Assembly: GCA_951406725.2 (NCBI GenBank) | Contig: OX597821.1 | Coordinates: forward strand, 90,210,001-90,274,000 | DNA from: Octopus vulgaris | Lineage: Eukaryota | Reading direction: 5' to 3' | DNA length: 64,000 nt | Part shown: positions 1 through 14,469 of the stretch, one piece after another | How the letters are laid out: the number at the start of each line of letters is the position of its first letter | Numbering within the stretch: the stretch's first letter is position 1 | Notes under the pieces: model-generated | Databases searched by the model: none | Told to the model about the DNA's origin: nothing | Seen by the model: only the letters and a program-made list of their open reading frames with translations | Made by a program: the position numbers and the translations under genes

Positions 1-384
1 TCATCAGGTGACATTACATCGTTCAAATATTACGAGATTTACATTTCCTTTTCGCTTCAAGTTCTATGCTAAAGGTGGTGGCAGTTCAGACACATTTGCT
101 TAAGTGGGGAAGATGTGGTCAGGACGAAAACATAAAGAAAAAAAAACATAAACTATTTAATATAAATAGGGGAGGGGCTATTTATAGTTGTGGTCAAGAA
201 GTTGTTTTGAACCATGTTATGTCACTTGATGAGGCTCTTTTGCTCTGTGCATTGCATCTGGTTTCATTACACTGTTCCGCACCCACTAGGTAGCTGTTCA
301 AAATGAAGCTGAAGCGATTGTTGCGCTAATAAATGCTTCTAGTCATATTCCGTCTTCCATATTAATTATTTTATACATACATCG

Positions 385-392
385 ATACACAG

Positions 393-464
<72 letters not shown>
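385..464. repeat. (CA)n(TA)n compound microsatellite
   Basis: Directly visible dinucleotide runs. Confidence 0.95.
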
Positions 465-1432
465 CAACACATAATCTTACACATATATGCTTGTGTATAT
501 GTATATGCACAATTTATATATAAAATTACATACATATTTAAAGAATGTAAATATCAACCTATATGTAATTACACTCATAAAAACAAACATATATATAAAT
601 GCCTATATCTATCCACTAATCCGTCTATTCCACCATTCCTACCATACATATATAGATATTATGAATCTAAATTTACATATATGTGAAGCAAGCTATCATA
701 ATTACACCGAAAGGAAATAATCCTGAATATATGACTAAATTATTTAAGTATCTGTCTTTTGGATAACAAAAACATTACCAAATTCGTTGAAAATGAAATT
801 CTTATATTAGATTGTTAGCATAGCTGGTTTAATAGTTAGATTATGGAATCTGGTTGAGTTTATCACTGACAAAACATATTATGTTATAACTGAATTTTAA
901 TCAGGTTGTTACGATAATTAATTACAATCTATCACATTTAAATCTCTTAAGGAATAATACATTTTATATGAAATTATATTTAATTAATTAATTAAATGGT
1001 TATGTATGTAATTCTATGTCTTCATGTAGTCCAGGCGTTTATGGAATCAGAGAATGGCGTATAAAATACGCTGAAAAATATACACACAAAGACACAAACA
1101 CGCGCACATATGCACGCACACAAACACACATACACTTACACGCAAATGTGAATGACTGAATGTGTTGCGTGATTTTCGTACATAGCCTGATACTGATACG
1201 CTTCTGAGCATTAGAGAACTCTATCTCTATATTAGAAATTCTCTCAAAATGCATACTGCAATTTTGTGGTTTTCTTGCAGTATACCCACGTTAAGCAAGA
1301 GACACAGAATGCTATTCTGCTCCATAACTGCATCGACCGTAAAGAACGAAATTTTCCTGGACCTTCACTCTACCCTATTCTTGACATTTCTGATTTATCA
1401 ACAATTGGTTTTCTATATCTGTAGATGATACA

Positions 1433-1780
1433 TCTTTTACTCTTTTACTTGTTTCAATCATTTGACTGCGGCCATGCTGGAGCACCCCGGGTCTTATTCT
1501 TTGTAAGCCCAGTACTTATTCTATCGGTCTTGTTTGCCGAACCGCTAAGTAACAGGGACGTAAACACACGCAAACACATACACACACACACACATATATA
1601 TATATATACATATATACGACAGGCTTCTTTCAGTTTCCGTCTACCAAATCCACTCACAAGGCATTGGTCGGCCCGAGGCTATAGCAGAAGACACTTGCCC
1701 AAGATGCAACGCAGTGGGACTGAACCCGGAACCATGTGGTTGGTAAGCAAGCTACTTACCACACAGCCACTCCTGCGCCT
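1433..1780 (-). mobile_element. tRNA-derived SINE family A (CORE-like, internal microsatellite), internally deleted copy
   Basis: Minus strand begins AGGCGCAGGAGTGGCTGTGTGG (A box) ... GGTTCAGTCCC (B box), then the CTTGGGCAAGT CORE-like motif, an internal (TA)/(TG) tract and an AAAAGAGT tail; homologous to about 10 other copies in the window. Confidence 0.9.
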
Positions 1781-2087
1781 ATCTGTCTAAGATTGTGGTT
1801 GATAATAGATACCGATAGCGTGAAAGGACAAAGGAATCCGAATTTAGAAATTTCACAACCACTTCAGGACAATTTTCGCCTGCTACTGATGTCTCATTTT
1901 TACACTGTAGCTCTATACAAGAAACTTTATATCAAGATGAATACTGAAGTTCTATGAGTTTCTGTAAGATATCCTCGTTATGTAATATATACAGAATGAT
2001 TATCTGAACCAATACTGTTTCTGTCTCTTATAAAGAATACATGCACACACGCATGCATGCAAACATACATACATAATACATACATGC

Positions 2088-2121
<34 letters not shown>

Positions 2122-2124
2122 GGG

Positions 2125-2324
2125 GCAGGGTGCGTGTGTATGTTTATGCGTCTGTGTTTGACACCCACCACCTCTTGACAACCGATGTTGGTGTGTTTAC
2201 GTCCCCGTAACTTAACTTAGCGGTTCGGCAAAGAGACAGACATTGTAAGTACTAGACTTACAACTTGTTCGACTAAAGGCGGTGCTTCAGCATGGCTGCA
2301 GTCGAATGACTGAAGGAAATAAAA

Positions 2325-2327
<3 letters not shown>
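2125..2327 (+). mobile_element. SINE family A, 3' half only
   Basis: CTTGACAACCGATG..GTTTACGTCCCCGTAAC..GGCGGTGCTTCAGCATGGCTGCAGTC matches the 3' half of full copies. Confidence 0.8.
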
Positions 2328-2369
<42 letters not shown>

Positions 2370-2375
2370 TCTGAC

Positions 2376-2750
<375 letters not shown>

Positions 2751-3225
2751 ATGTTGTGATGAAATCGTGACGCCCATGTGTGATAGCAAATGCGCTATCC
2801 TAAACATTATAAAGGAATATGCGTACTGAAAATGCGACGTACAGTGTAGTGTATGCAGTCGCATTTGTATATATATTTATATGTATATACATACATATAT
2901 ATATATATATATATCTGTATATACAAATATATGCGTACATAAATATGCATGTACGTATGCACTTATAGGAGCGAGGGAAAAACTAAACATCATAATCTTA
3001 TTATTCCGTTGGAGTAATAGGCATTTAATATCTATTTAGCTCTGCTCCATATTGCTTAAAGTTTTTTGCATGTAGGAAAAGTCCACACCACTACATTTTG
3101 GGAGATGTCTCCCTATATTCACTTCTGAGGAGTGGACGCATTTTACGCTTATGAAACTTTATGCTAAGCTAACTGAAAATAATAATAAATTGTGTATGTA
3201 TTTGTGTATACATATATGATTATGT

Positions 3226-3377
<152 letters not shown>

Positions 3378-3675
3378 AGGCGCAATGGCCAAGTGGTTAG
3401 GGCAGCGGACTCACGGTTGTAGGATCGCGGTTTCGATTCCCAGACCGGGCGTTGTGAGTGTTTATTGAGCAAAAACACCTAAAAGCTCCACTAGGCTCCG
3501 GCAGGGGGGGATCCCTGCTGTACTCTTTCACCACTCTTTCTCTCACTCTTCTGTTGGCCTGCTCGCTTAGCCAGCGGGGTGACGTCATTCGAAGGCTGAA
3601 ACAATGCGAACGCATTGTGACCAGCGATGTATAACTACATCTGATGGCCTGGTCGGTCACGTAATCACGTGATCA
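3378..3675 (+). mobile_element. tRNA-derived SINE family B head with alternative 3' tail
   Basis: GGCGCAATGGCCAAGTGGTTAGGGCAGCGG (A box) ... GGTTTCGATTCCC (B box); matches family B up to CTCTCACTCTT, then diverges; ends in ATCACGTG-like repeats. Confidence 0.85.
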
Positions 3676-4717
3676 CACACACATATATATATATCAGTAT
3701 ATGCATATATACATATGTTTGTGTGTGTGAATATATGTATGTATATGTTTTGCAGCTCGTTTTGTAGCACGTTCCATGTTGTATACATGGACACATGGCC
3801 ACCAAGTACATAGACAAATCACTAGATGTATGATAAAAAAATATATGAATTTCTGTGTGATTATCATTATTAAAAATTATTTTTATTATTGTTGATGTTG
3901 TTTGCTGTAAATGTATGGTTTTATTTAGTAATAGCCTGGAGTATGATTTCTCATGGATGTATTAGATTTTCATTCATTTTTGTTCGGAATAATTGATGAG
4001 GAATATTTTCGAATTATTTTTTCTGTCATATCATTTTACCGTAAAACAATAAAAAGCGTTTTTCTATACGTTTATACTGTGTATATTTCAGCTAGGCAGT
4101 CTTTTGAGTAAGAGGAGCTGCAGCATGTTTATAGTACTTGTCTATTCGAAAACTAAATATTAAGCGTATACTACCATATATTTCCCAAACATGAAAACAT
4201 ATTTAAAAGCATAAAACATGGCAACATGGCCATAATAGTGACAAACTTGCAAGCACAAATATTCATAAGCCAATTACGACACAGTGTAGTGCTGGAAATG
4301 CAAATTTAAGTAATGAAAATATTAATACAAGTAGCACCACAAGTCTCGAAAAAATCATTATTATTTGCTAACATTTAAGTTAGAAAAGAACATTTTAAAT
4401 CAGAGCCAAGAAATTGTGAGAATATGGATGAAGTATGTCAAAAAATATGCTTTTCATACGATAATGCCCAAGTATTGATACAAATGAAAGTAACGTAGAT
4501 TTGAGTTGCTAATAAAAGGTACAGTTTTTATATGCTCACAAAAGAACAGCTGAATTAGTCTTTGCCGCTCCATGGTAAGAGGGCTATTGATAACCAAAAG
4601 GGCAAGCCAACACCTGTGTCTGGCCTGTAAGGCTGAGAATAATGTGAGAAGTAAAAACAAGCTAGTGACTAACAAGCCTGCCCAAAATCTGATGTTACAC
4701 TAACTATATTTTCTTTC

Positions 4718-4929
4718 TTTTTCTTTTACTTGTTTCAGTCATTTGACTGCGGCCATGCTGGGGCATCGCCTTTAATCGAGCAACTCGACCCCGGGACTTA
4801 TTCTTTTGTAAGCCCAGTACTTATTCTATCGGTCTCTTTTGCCGAACCGCTAAGTAACGGGGAGGTAAACACACCAGCATCAATTGTCAAGCAATGCTAG
4901 GGGGACAAACACAGACACAAACATACACG

Positions 4930-5013
<84 letters not shown>

Positions 5014-5179
5014 TACGACGGGCTTCTTTCAGTTTCCGTCTACCAAATCCACTCACAAGGCATTGGTCGACCCAAGGCTATAGCAGAAGACCCTTGCCCA
5101 AGGTGCCACGCAGTGGGACTGAACCCGGAATCATGTGGTTGGTTAGCAAGCTACTTACCACACAGCCACTCCTGCGCCT
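4718..5179 (-). mobile_element. SINE family A, full length
   Basis: A/B boxes, CORE-like motif, internal (TA)n(TG)n tract, GGCGATGCCCCAGCATGGCCGCAGTCAAATGACTGAAAC tail. Confidence 0.92.
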
Positions 5180-5592
5180 GGAAGAGAAGTACGAAGTTCA
5201 TACGGATGTGATGATACTAGCGTGGAACTTTGTTTTGTCGTCACCATTATGGCATGGGTATTCCTTGAGAATTCCTTGATAATCTTTGGTTGCAACATTG
5301 CCTGTAGCCAAAGTGAAAGAGACACACTAATACGCAATCAAAGAAAGGCAGGTTATGCCTTTCAGCTAAGAGCAGACGAGAGGCTCCAAACTCTAGTTTT
5401 ACCCAATATGCGTAATAGAGAAAATTGGGAAAGGCGCGGATCGATGAGTGAAAGCAAGAAAAGAAAGTGTAAACAACAGATGATACGAGAAAAGTGGGAA
5501 GATAGAAATTCTGAAAAACTCAAATAAATAGAAAGCAGATTCACTACAAAATGGCAAGGAACATATAACACCTAAATACCTTTATTAGTATT

Positions 5593-5751
5593 GGTGTAGG
5601 CCTGGTTGTGTGGTAAGAAGCTTGCTTTCAAACCATGTGGTTCTGGGTTCAGTTGGGTAAGTGTCTAGGACAAGTGATTTCTGCTATAGCCTCGAGCCGA
5701 CTAAATTCTTATGAGTGGTTGTGGTAGACGGAAGCTGGAAGAAGATCGTCG

Positions 5752-5802
<51 letters not shown>

Positions 5803-6005
5803 TGGTAACTTTGTGTATGTCCTCCCATACCGCTTGACAACTGGTGTTGGTGTGTTTACGTCCGCGTGACTAAATGGGTCGGCAAACGAGACCGATAGAG
5901 TACTACGCTTAAAAATACGTCTTAGGGTCGATTTGTTCGACTAAAACACTTCAAAGGTAGTGCTCCAGCATGGTCGCAGTCAACTGAGTGAAAAGAGTAA
6001 AAGAA
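5593..6005 (+). mobile_element. SINE family A, diverged copy
   Basis: TGGTTGTGTGGTAAG head, internal (TA)n(TG)n, GTGCTCCAGCATGGTCGCAGTC tail, AAAAGAGT end. Confidence 0.85.
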
Positions 6006-6954
6006 CAACAGAATATAATACGGAAAGAATTACGATGCTAAAAGAAGATAATTTATACACACAATTTTTTACAGAAATGCGTACATATATATACATACAC
6101 ATATGTATGTGTATAAGTATATATGTGTGTATAATTACATGTATGTATATATATATATATATATGCATATATACACATGCATACATGCATACACGTATAC
6201 ACACACACAAATCAAAAACAGGATCCCACGAAACTGTTGATTTAATATTTTATGGTAGTATGGATGTAGCAAGTTTAGATGAACCTAAATTTGTAAAACG
6301 ATCATAAAACGGCGTTTGTCACAAAGATTTTTACCTTTTCGCTAGCGATTGAAATACGTAGATCAAAGATTTTAAAAGGTCTCAAGTTGAAATTTTTTTC
6401 AGCAATCCTCTGAGGCTAGTAAATATGTCTAATATAAAGAGTTTTAGCTCGTTTGTTGAGATATTAAATATAGATGCATGGTCGATTTGGCATTCATTGT
6501 ATCCATTACTGTAAGAGCTGGCACATTCTGAGAGTGACAAGTCTATTTTAAGGCTCCAGACATATGTATTTAGATAATGAATTGATGTTTGAGGAAGGAA
6601 TAGATGTTATGCATATCAGTTTCTGAATAAGTTAACTGCGGGGTCCATTATAGTTTCTTTCAGTAAAATAAAGTACAGATATTTGGTTCGGAATACCAAT
6701 TCTTTATACAAGCATTTTTATTTTAAGGAAAGAAAATGGTGATATTATAATTACGCAGTGATGGCATTGAAGTAGAGTATACGTGTCATGTGACAATAGA
6801 AAGTAGATTAATAAAATCTACCAGAGAGATATATGTATATGTATGTGTGTGTGTGTATGTATATATGTACATTTACATACATTACATGTAGATATGTATC
6901 TAAATATCTATTAAACATACTCATGCATACGCATATGAAGATAGTTAACTCGCT

Positions 6955-6978
6955 AGATAGACAAACAAACAGCAGACG

Positions 6979-7028
<50 letters not shown>

Positions 7029-7040
7029 CAGACAGACACA
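6955..7040. repeat. (TAGA)n microsatellite
   Basis: Directly visible. Confidence 0.9.
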
Positions 7041-7490
7041 TTTATACTTATATAGCAAGCTCTCTAAACCCAGCATTAAATTTAAAGAATTATAAAAGAA
7101 AACAAAAGGGAGAAAACTGATAATACAATATTTGTTTTGTAAGTAATGTCGTCTATGAAATCTGCAATTTCAGACACAAAAAAAAAAATAATAAATGATA
7201 AAATAAAGCTAAAATTATAACAAGTTTTCATAATGAAAAAAAAAAAAAAAGAAACATTATTGAAAACACATTATGAGACAGATGATGTCTGTAAGAAAGT
7301 GGAGGCGGGAGGTGGAGCGGTGGGAGAAAGAGTAACGTAAAATATATCGAAAAACATGATCTTCCAACCAAAAGTATATGTTTGAAAAAATTGTGTTCTT
7401 GGAGAATGTCTGAATTAAAATACATAACAGAAATAAACATTTTAAAAAATCACACCAAAATAATATCAAATATAATAACTAATAACAAAG

Positions 7491-7595
7491 GTAGAAGTAG
7501 TAGTAGTAGTATTAGTAGTAGTGGTGCTGGTAGTAGTAGTTATAGTAGTGATTTTGTCGGTGGTAGCAGTGGTAGTAGTAGTATTAGTTATGGCG

Positions 7596-7688
<93 letters not shown>
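7491..7688. repeat. (TAG)n/(TGG)n trinucleotide tract
   Basis: Directly visible; explains the poly-Ser/poly-Thr ORFs. Confidence 0.95.
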
Positions 7689-8328
7689 AAATAATATGTA
7701 AAAATTTGAGAATAAAAATAATGAAAAGTGATTTTAATAGAAAATAACAAAAAAAAAGATTGTAAAATATCAAAAATTGATAAAGTAAAGTACCAAAAAT
7801 ATAAAATTATAAAAGTAGACATCAAAACATCCTTACTAGAATCTCCGCCTTCCAAACATACTCTAACAGAAATAAAAAGTGGGACAAAAATTCTACTTTC
7901 CAGTTGTTTAGACTTCATCTTTACCGGTGCAATTAATTTTTACACTCAATAAATTTTTCATAGTGGAATATTTATTTATTTATTCATTGTAAATCGTTTT
8001 ATGGAAAATAAAGTTCTACGTTTCTTCAGAGCTGAAAATGTCTCAGATTCCATAGAGAATTATTACAATGGATTTATTTACCTTTCTTTCCTTTTCTTTT
8101 AATATAGTATTTTTCGTTTAATTGAGGGGAGAGATTGTCTTCGGTAACGCAGTACATGTCTCCGATGTAAAAGAGCTTCTGTGAGCGCTGAACCCAGAGG
8201 ATCTCGTCTTCAGCAAATTAATTTATTCATCTCTTTGCTTGTCCGCAATTTATTCTTCTCTTAGTTTATCATTCTGTTGTCCAATGAATAAAAGACACAG
8301 GAAAACACAAAAATATATAACTATCTAA

Positions 8329-8329
<1 letters not shown>

Positions 8330-8391
<62 letters not shown>

Positions 8392-8509
8392 TATATACAT
8401 ATATATATACACACATATATATATATATACATATATATATACACACATATATACACATATATATATACATACATACATATATATATATAAATACATACAT
8501 ATATATATG

Positions 8510-8589
<80 letters not shown>

Positions 8590-8646
8590 ATGACAGGTTT
8601 AGTTCACTGGCGATTTATCTATCTATCTAACTATCTAACTATCTAT

Positions 8647-8735
<89 letters not shown>
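8330..8735. repeat. (TA)n / (CTAT)n / (CT)n microsatellite cluster
   Basis: Directly visible. Confidence 0.95.
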
Positions 8736-8737
<2 letters not shown>

Positions 8738-8741
<4 letters not shown>

Positions 8742-9043
8742 AAAAATAAACAGTTTTGAATGATACAACAATGCACTATAATGCAGACAATGGACTATAT
8801 ACCTGTTGTAATTTAGTCAGCTATACTCTGATATGATATTTCGGAATAATATTCCTTCTTCAGATATTCTTAGATGGAATCGCTGCTATAATTGGTTCTC
8901 GCGACTCCATCTAAGAATGTCTGAAGAAGGAATATTATTCCGAAATATCATATCTGACTATGGATAACTAAATTACAACAGGTATATACCCCATTGTCTG
9001 TATTATAGTGCATTGTACCATTCAAAACTTTTTATTCTTTACA
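8738..9043. repeat. Long fold-back inverted repeat (arms about 145 bp, 17-nt spacer) carrying a hammerhead-like core
   Basis: 8738-8883 is the reverse complement of 8901-9043 with scattered mismatches; each arm contains CTGAAGA-A-GGAAT-ATT-ATTCC-GAAA. Confidence 0.9.
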
Positions 9044-9298
9044 AACAATACACAATGCTTCAAGCAAACTACAATATTCACATATATATACTTATATGTA
9101 TATATATATATATCATATGTATGTATCTGTGTAAGTTACATACTTATATATACTTAACGCTATATTTCTTTCAAATAAACTTTGCATATAACTCTCAACA
9201 ATTTATAAAAAGGTATTGATTTCCATCAGTGAATACCGGCTTCGATCAGTAATCAGGGGAGTAAAGCAGTAAGCCGTAATATATTTAAATACACATAT

Positions 9299-9703
9299 AG
9301 GCGTAGGAGTGGCTGTGTGGTAAGTAGCTTGTTTACCAACCACATGGTTCTGGGTTCAGTCCCACTGTGTGGCACCTTGAGCAAGTGCCTTCTGCTATAG
9401 CCTTGGGCCGACCAAAGCCTTGTGAGTGGATTTTGTAGACGGAAACTGAAAGAAGCCCGTCGTATATATGTATATGTATGTATATATATGTGTGTGTGTT
9501 TGTGTGTCTGTGTTTGTCCCCCTAGCATTGCTTGACAACCGATGCTGGTGTGTTTCCGTCCCAGTTACTTAGCGGTTCGGCAAAAGAAGACCGATAGAAT
9601 AAGTACTGGGCTTACAAAAGAATAAGTCCCGGGGTCGAGTTGTTCGATTAAAGGCGGTGCTCCAACATGGCCGCAGTCAAATGACTGAAACAAGTAAAAG
9701 AGT
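9299..9703 (+). mobile_element. SINE family A, full length
   Basis: AGGCGTAGGAGTGGCTGTGTGG head through the GACTGAAACAAGTAAAAGAGT tail. Confidence 0.93.
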
Positions 9704-10488
9704 CCATGTGTGTGTGTGCCTGTGTGTGTGCATTTATTTATGTAAATTTGCATATGTGTGTGATTATATGTATATATGGGTGAGAGACAATATGCTTTTA
9801 TATATTTTGTTGTGTATATATGCGTGTGTGTATATTTACTTATCCGGTGATGGATAGAAAGGCCACAGGACTATAAGAAAAGCTGCACACGAAGAATACC
9901 TTTCACCTCTCAAAAGCGGTAAAACAAGCATGCACATCCATTCAGTAATCCTAAAGAATGTCAGGTATATATAATCCCATAAGTACATTTTACAAAATTA
10001 ATTGGTACGCTGACACATACACCTACCATAACAAATTACCATATCAACTTTGCGTCTTAGAATACATTGGCTTTTCAAATAGAAAAGTTTTCACCCTTCC
10101 ACTGCAACCCCGAACCATTTCTTGTAATGCTATTTTCATACGAATATAATTTTATTTCATTTCCATACTAAACTACTTATTAGCTTAATGAATATATTTT
10201 ATAGCCCTTTTATGAATAACCACGTATGCGTACGTAGCTGTTTACATTCGTTGATATAAATATGTATTCGCAGACATTCTTGGGGGCTATATGACCTAAT
10301 TGCTATCACGTACATTTGGAAGAACCAGCAGACAGATATTGACGTGTGACTTCGATGTGTGTGTATGTACATAAATATACACACATTATATTTATATATA
10401 TATATATACATATATAATACTTTATTTGTTCCACGTCCTCGCGCTGTTGTGTTTTTTTTTTTGTTTTTTTGTGTTTCCTTGTTTGGAT

Positions 10489-10529
<41 letters not shown>

Positions 10530-10665
10530 TTACACTTACCATGCATGTTTTATTTTTATGTATGTGGGTATATCTATAAGCCTATGTAAACATATCTGTA
10601 TGCATAACTTCGTCCATGAATTACGATTGCGTATTTGTTGCTTTCTCAGCCCTTTTATTTCAGAC

Positions 10666-10669
<4 letters not shown>

Positions 10670-10720
<51 letters not shown>
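10670..10720. repeat. (TAG)n tract
   Basis: Directly visible. Confidence 0.95.
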
Positions 10721-10725
<5 letters not shown>

Positions 10726-11630
10726 GGCATACGCTGTAACAGCGGATCGCTACATCCACCATTTTGTTGATGAATCCCAACTATACCCGGAAGCTGATGC
10801 CTTTGCACCACTCAGACGATTATCCTCCGAACCATGGGTCTATTTTGTGTAGTCATTGCTGGTCAGGGTTTTATGAGTTTGTAGTGCAAATCCTACCACA
10901 GCCTCTTTTAGTCTCCTTTTGCGACACACAGAGGAAATAGTTGAGCCTATTCTTTAACATGCCGGTACCCACACGGCACATAATCATCGCTAAATCCATG
11001 AGTATTATTTTACCAGAGTTTTCACGAGCAGAAATTCTACATTACGTTCAACAACATATTGTAAAACTGGCATGATGTTAAGCTCTCAGAGGAGTTGATG
11101 TTGTAGAACTTCTCGAGTTACACAGAAATAGTTTATCTAATGAGCACCTGGTGCTGTCAGAATCATAGAGAATTGCAGCACAAGAAGTGGCTATATGATA
11201 CGATATAGTTTCACCCCACTTCATTTGATGGCGAGATATATGGTCAAACATTTGGTGTTTATACGATACGTTTTGTAAGTTTCTGTTCATAACGATATAA
11301 ATTTTGGTCGTGATAAAATATCACAAGTGAAGTTTATACTGAATTCAATTTGTTTACTGAGCTTTAGAAAGAGCTGCTATACTGCAGAAATTAAATAACT
11401 TTGACAAGATTTTCGTCTCTGAAGCACGTTCTGCTGAGGATCTCCTGAGCAGAAGATAGTGCGCCAGAGAAATCAGAGAAATCTATTCCGTCAGAGAAAT
11501 CTATTGCAAAAGGCTCCTGTCATACAACTGTGAATATCTTTGTGGTGAGAGCGCCAATCCTTGCACGATATTGCTGCATTCCTTTTTCCTTAAAATGTTT
11601 TTCTCTCGTGTATATCAACTGTACAGTGGA
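10721..11630 (-). mobile_element. Possible highly decayed LINE (RTE-like) 3' remnant
   Basis: Minus-strand AAILYDSDS loosely resembles the RTE motif xxLLYGxETW; a (CTA)n tract abuts the presumed 3' end; weak. Confidence 0.35.
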
Positions 11631-11638
11631 AGATAAAC

Positions 11639-11950
11639 GGCGCGTGGCTTAGTGGTTAGGGCATTCAGCTCATGATCATAAGGTCGTGAGTTCAATTCCC
11701 GGCGACGCGTGATGTCCTTGAGCAAGACACTTTATTTCGCGTTGTTCCAGTGCACTCAGCTGGTAAAAATGAGTAGTACCTGTATTTCAAAGTTCGAGCT
11801 TTGCACGCTCTGTGTCACGCTGAATCTCCCTGAGTACTACGATAAGGGTACATGTGTCTGCGAAGTGCTCAGTCACTTGCACGTTAATTTCACGAAGAAG
11901 ATGTTCATATCAGCTGAGACCCTCATCGTCGTAACCGATGGAATGCTCCT
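11639..11950 (+). mobile_element. tRNA-derived SINE family C
   Basis: GGCGCGTGGCTTAGTGGTTAGGG (A box), GAGTTCAATTCCC (B box), GTCCTTGAGCAAGACACT central motif; 3' part shared with family B. Confidence 0.88.
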
Positions 11951-12173
11951 TGGACAATAAAATATTCACTTATATTTGTTAATTTGTTAGGATATAGCTC
12001 AATAACAAAAGAATTTTCGCTCATAGAGTTCCTCATTGCGGCAAAACTTTCAAGGTAACAATATTTCTGTAACGCAAAGGTTATCTGAGTTTGTTAGATA
12101 ATATCAAGTATCTCTCTTCGACCAAAAATAAAAATACAAATATCTTTCAAAAGTTATGGAAATATCTTTCAAT

Positions 12174-12595
12174 AGGCGTAGGAGTGGCTGTGTGGTAAGT
12201 AGCTTGCTTACGAACCGCATAGTACTGGGTTCAGTCCCACTGCGAGGCACCTTGGGCAAGTGTCTTCTACTATAGCCTCGAGCCGACCAAAGCTTTGTGA
12301 GTGGATTTGGTAGACGGAAACGTAGAAAGGCCCGTTGTATATATGTATATATATATGTATGTGTGTGTGTGTGTGTGTGTGTATATGGTCTTGTGTCTGT
12401 GTTTGCCATCCAACATCGCTTGACAACCGATGCTTGCGTGTTTACGTCCCCGTAACCTAGCGGTTCGGCAAAAAGAGACCGATAGAATAAGTACTAGACT
12501 TACAAAGAATAAGTCCTGGGATCGATTTGCTCGACTAAAGGCGGTGCTCCAGCATGGCTACAGTCAAATGACTGAAACAAGTAAAAGAGTAAAGA
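12174..12595 (+). mobile_element. SINE family A, full length
   Basis: Head, CORE-like GGCACCTTGGGCAAGT, internal microsatellite and tail all present. Confidence 0.93.
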
Positions 12596-13394
12596 CGGAG
12601 TTATTTTGCCAAACCTATTTCAGTATTAAGTATTCACGGGACATAAACTCGCACATTATCTTCTTAGCGGGGGCCACCGAGCTGTATATCACATAACTTC
12701 CATTTCAGTGCTGAAGCTAATTCTACCATTTAATACAACCTAAATCCACTTAGTCACAAAAGAACCATATGAGTTAAAACTGAGCTGAAATACCAATCAT
12801 AAACTGCTAATGTATCTTAGTTTTATAGAATGTTTTCTATAAAATATAGAATTTAAGTTTCTATAAAATCTAGAACCATTAAATTTAAAAGTTGTTCCTG
12901 CTATTATAAAATGTAGTGTAGTAATTAATGATTACTTGATATTTCACCTAACGCAACTATATTCAGCCACAATATACGCAACCTATGCAATTATAACTGT
13001 TATAGGACGGAACTCATCTCATTTCAAAATCTTAACGACTTTGATCTCAAAAGCCATATCAATATAATATAATTTAGACGCTGTGCATAGAGATTCTATA
13101 TTCACAAACATGCTTATTCCATGCTTGTTACGATCACCTTTGAACTTCCACTTTTCCACACCTCGATTTATTTCTTCATTAGAAGTTTTGTTATTTTGCC
13201 TACATAACACCCACCCACCCACTTTTTTAATCCTCATTTAATCCTAATTTGTTTATCGTTAATTTTTATATTTTCACATTCACTTCTTCTCCACTAATCA
13301 TGTTCTGCTTTGGTATTTCCCAAACGTCAATTTTTCAGAAGCATATTTATCTCCCCATTCCAGCATTACGGATAGACTATCATCACTATCATTG

Positions 13395-13395
<1 letters not shown>

Positions 13396-13425
<30 letters not shown>

Positions 13426-13451
13426 CTTCTTCTTCTTCTTCTTCATCTTCG

Positions 13452-13527
<76 letters not shown>

Positions 13528-13815
13528 CCTCTCCTTCTTCTTCTTCTTCTTCCTCCTCTTCTTCTTCTTCTTCTTCCTCCTCTTCTTCTTCTTGTTCTTC
13601 TTCCTCCTCTTCTTCTTCTTCTTCCTCCTCTTCTTCTTCTTCTTCTTCTTCTTCTTCTTCTTCTTCTTCTTCTTCTTCTTCTTCTTCTTCTTCTTCTTCT
13701 TCTGCTACTGCTGTTGCTGCAGCTGCTGCTGCTGTTATCGCTGTTACCGCTGTTACTGTTGCTGTTGCTGCCTCTATTGCTGCAGTTGTTGTTCCTGATC
13801 CTCCGCCTCCCCTTC

Positions 13816-13864
<49 letters not shown>

Positions 13865-13900
13865 AAATACAACAACTACAACTACTACAACTACTACAAA

Positions 13901-13955
<55 letters not shown>

Positions 13956-14091
13956 ACTACTGCTACTACTACCACCACCACCCCCACTACTGCAGCTGCT
14001 GTAGCCGCCGCTGCTACTGCTACTGCACCTCCTCTTTTTCTCCTCCTCCTACAACCACCACGTTCTCTTCCTCCTACAACCACCACCACCT

Positions 14092-14173
<82 letters not shown>

Positions 14174-14180
14174 AACTACT
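13396..14180. repeat. About 790-bp compound trinucleotide tract (TTC)n-(GCT)n-(CTA)n
   Basis: Directly visible; generates the spurious poly-E/poly-V/poly-S/poly-T ORFs. Confidence 0.95.
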
Positions 14181-14469
14181 GTTTCTGCTACTCATCCCAA
14201 TCATGTAAATTAATATATACGAGAAATTTTATGACACACACACCCCTATTCTCTAACCCGGTTTGAGCAGAACACCGAGGTCACAGGGAAGTTATTAAAA
14301 TAGATATCTTACGTCCGTTCTTAAGTTAATGTTTGTTGCATTTAACTATTACAAACACGTTTTAAATTAGCATATAAGAGTATGCACACACACAAACACA
14401 CATATAAGCATGCATACATGTATAGGTATGGTGATACATACAGAGAAAGTAGAACTCAAAATATGTGTA

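Noticed and set aside
13298-14213. 265-aa and 273-aa ORFs (poly-E/V, poly-S/T)
   Set aside because: Pure trinucleotide-repeat translations, open on both strands, with no complex domain
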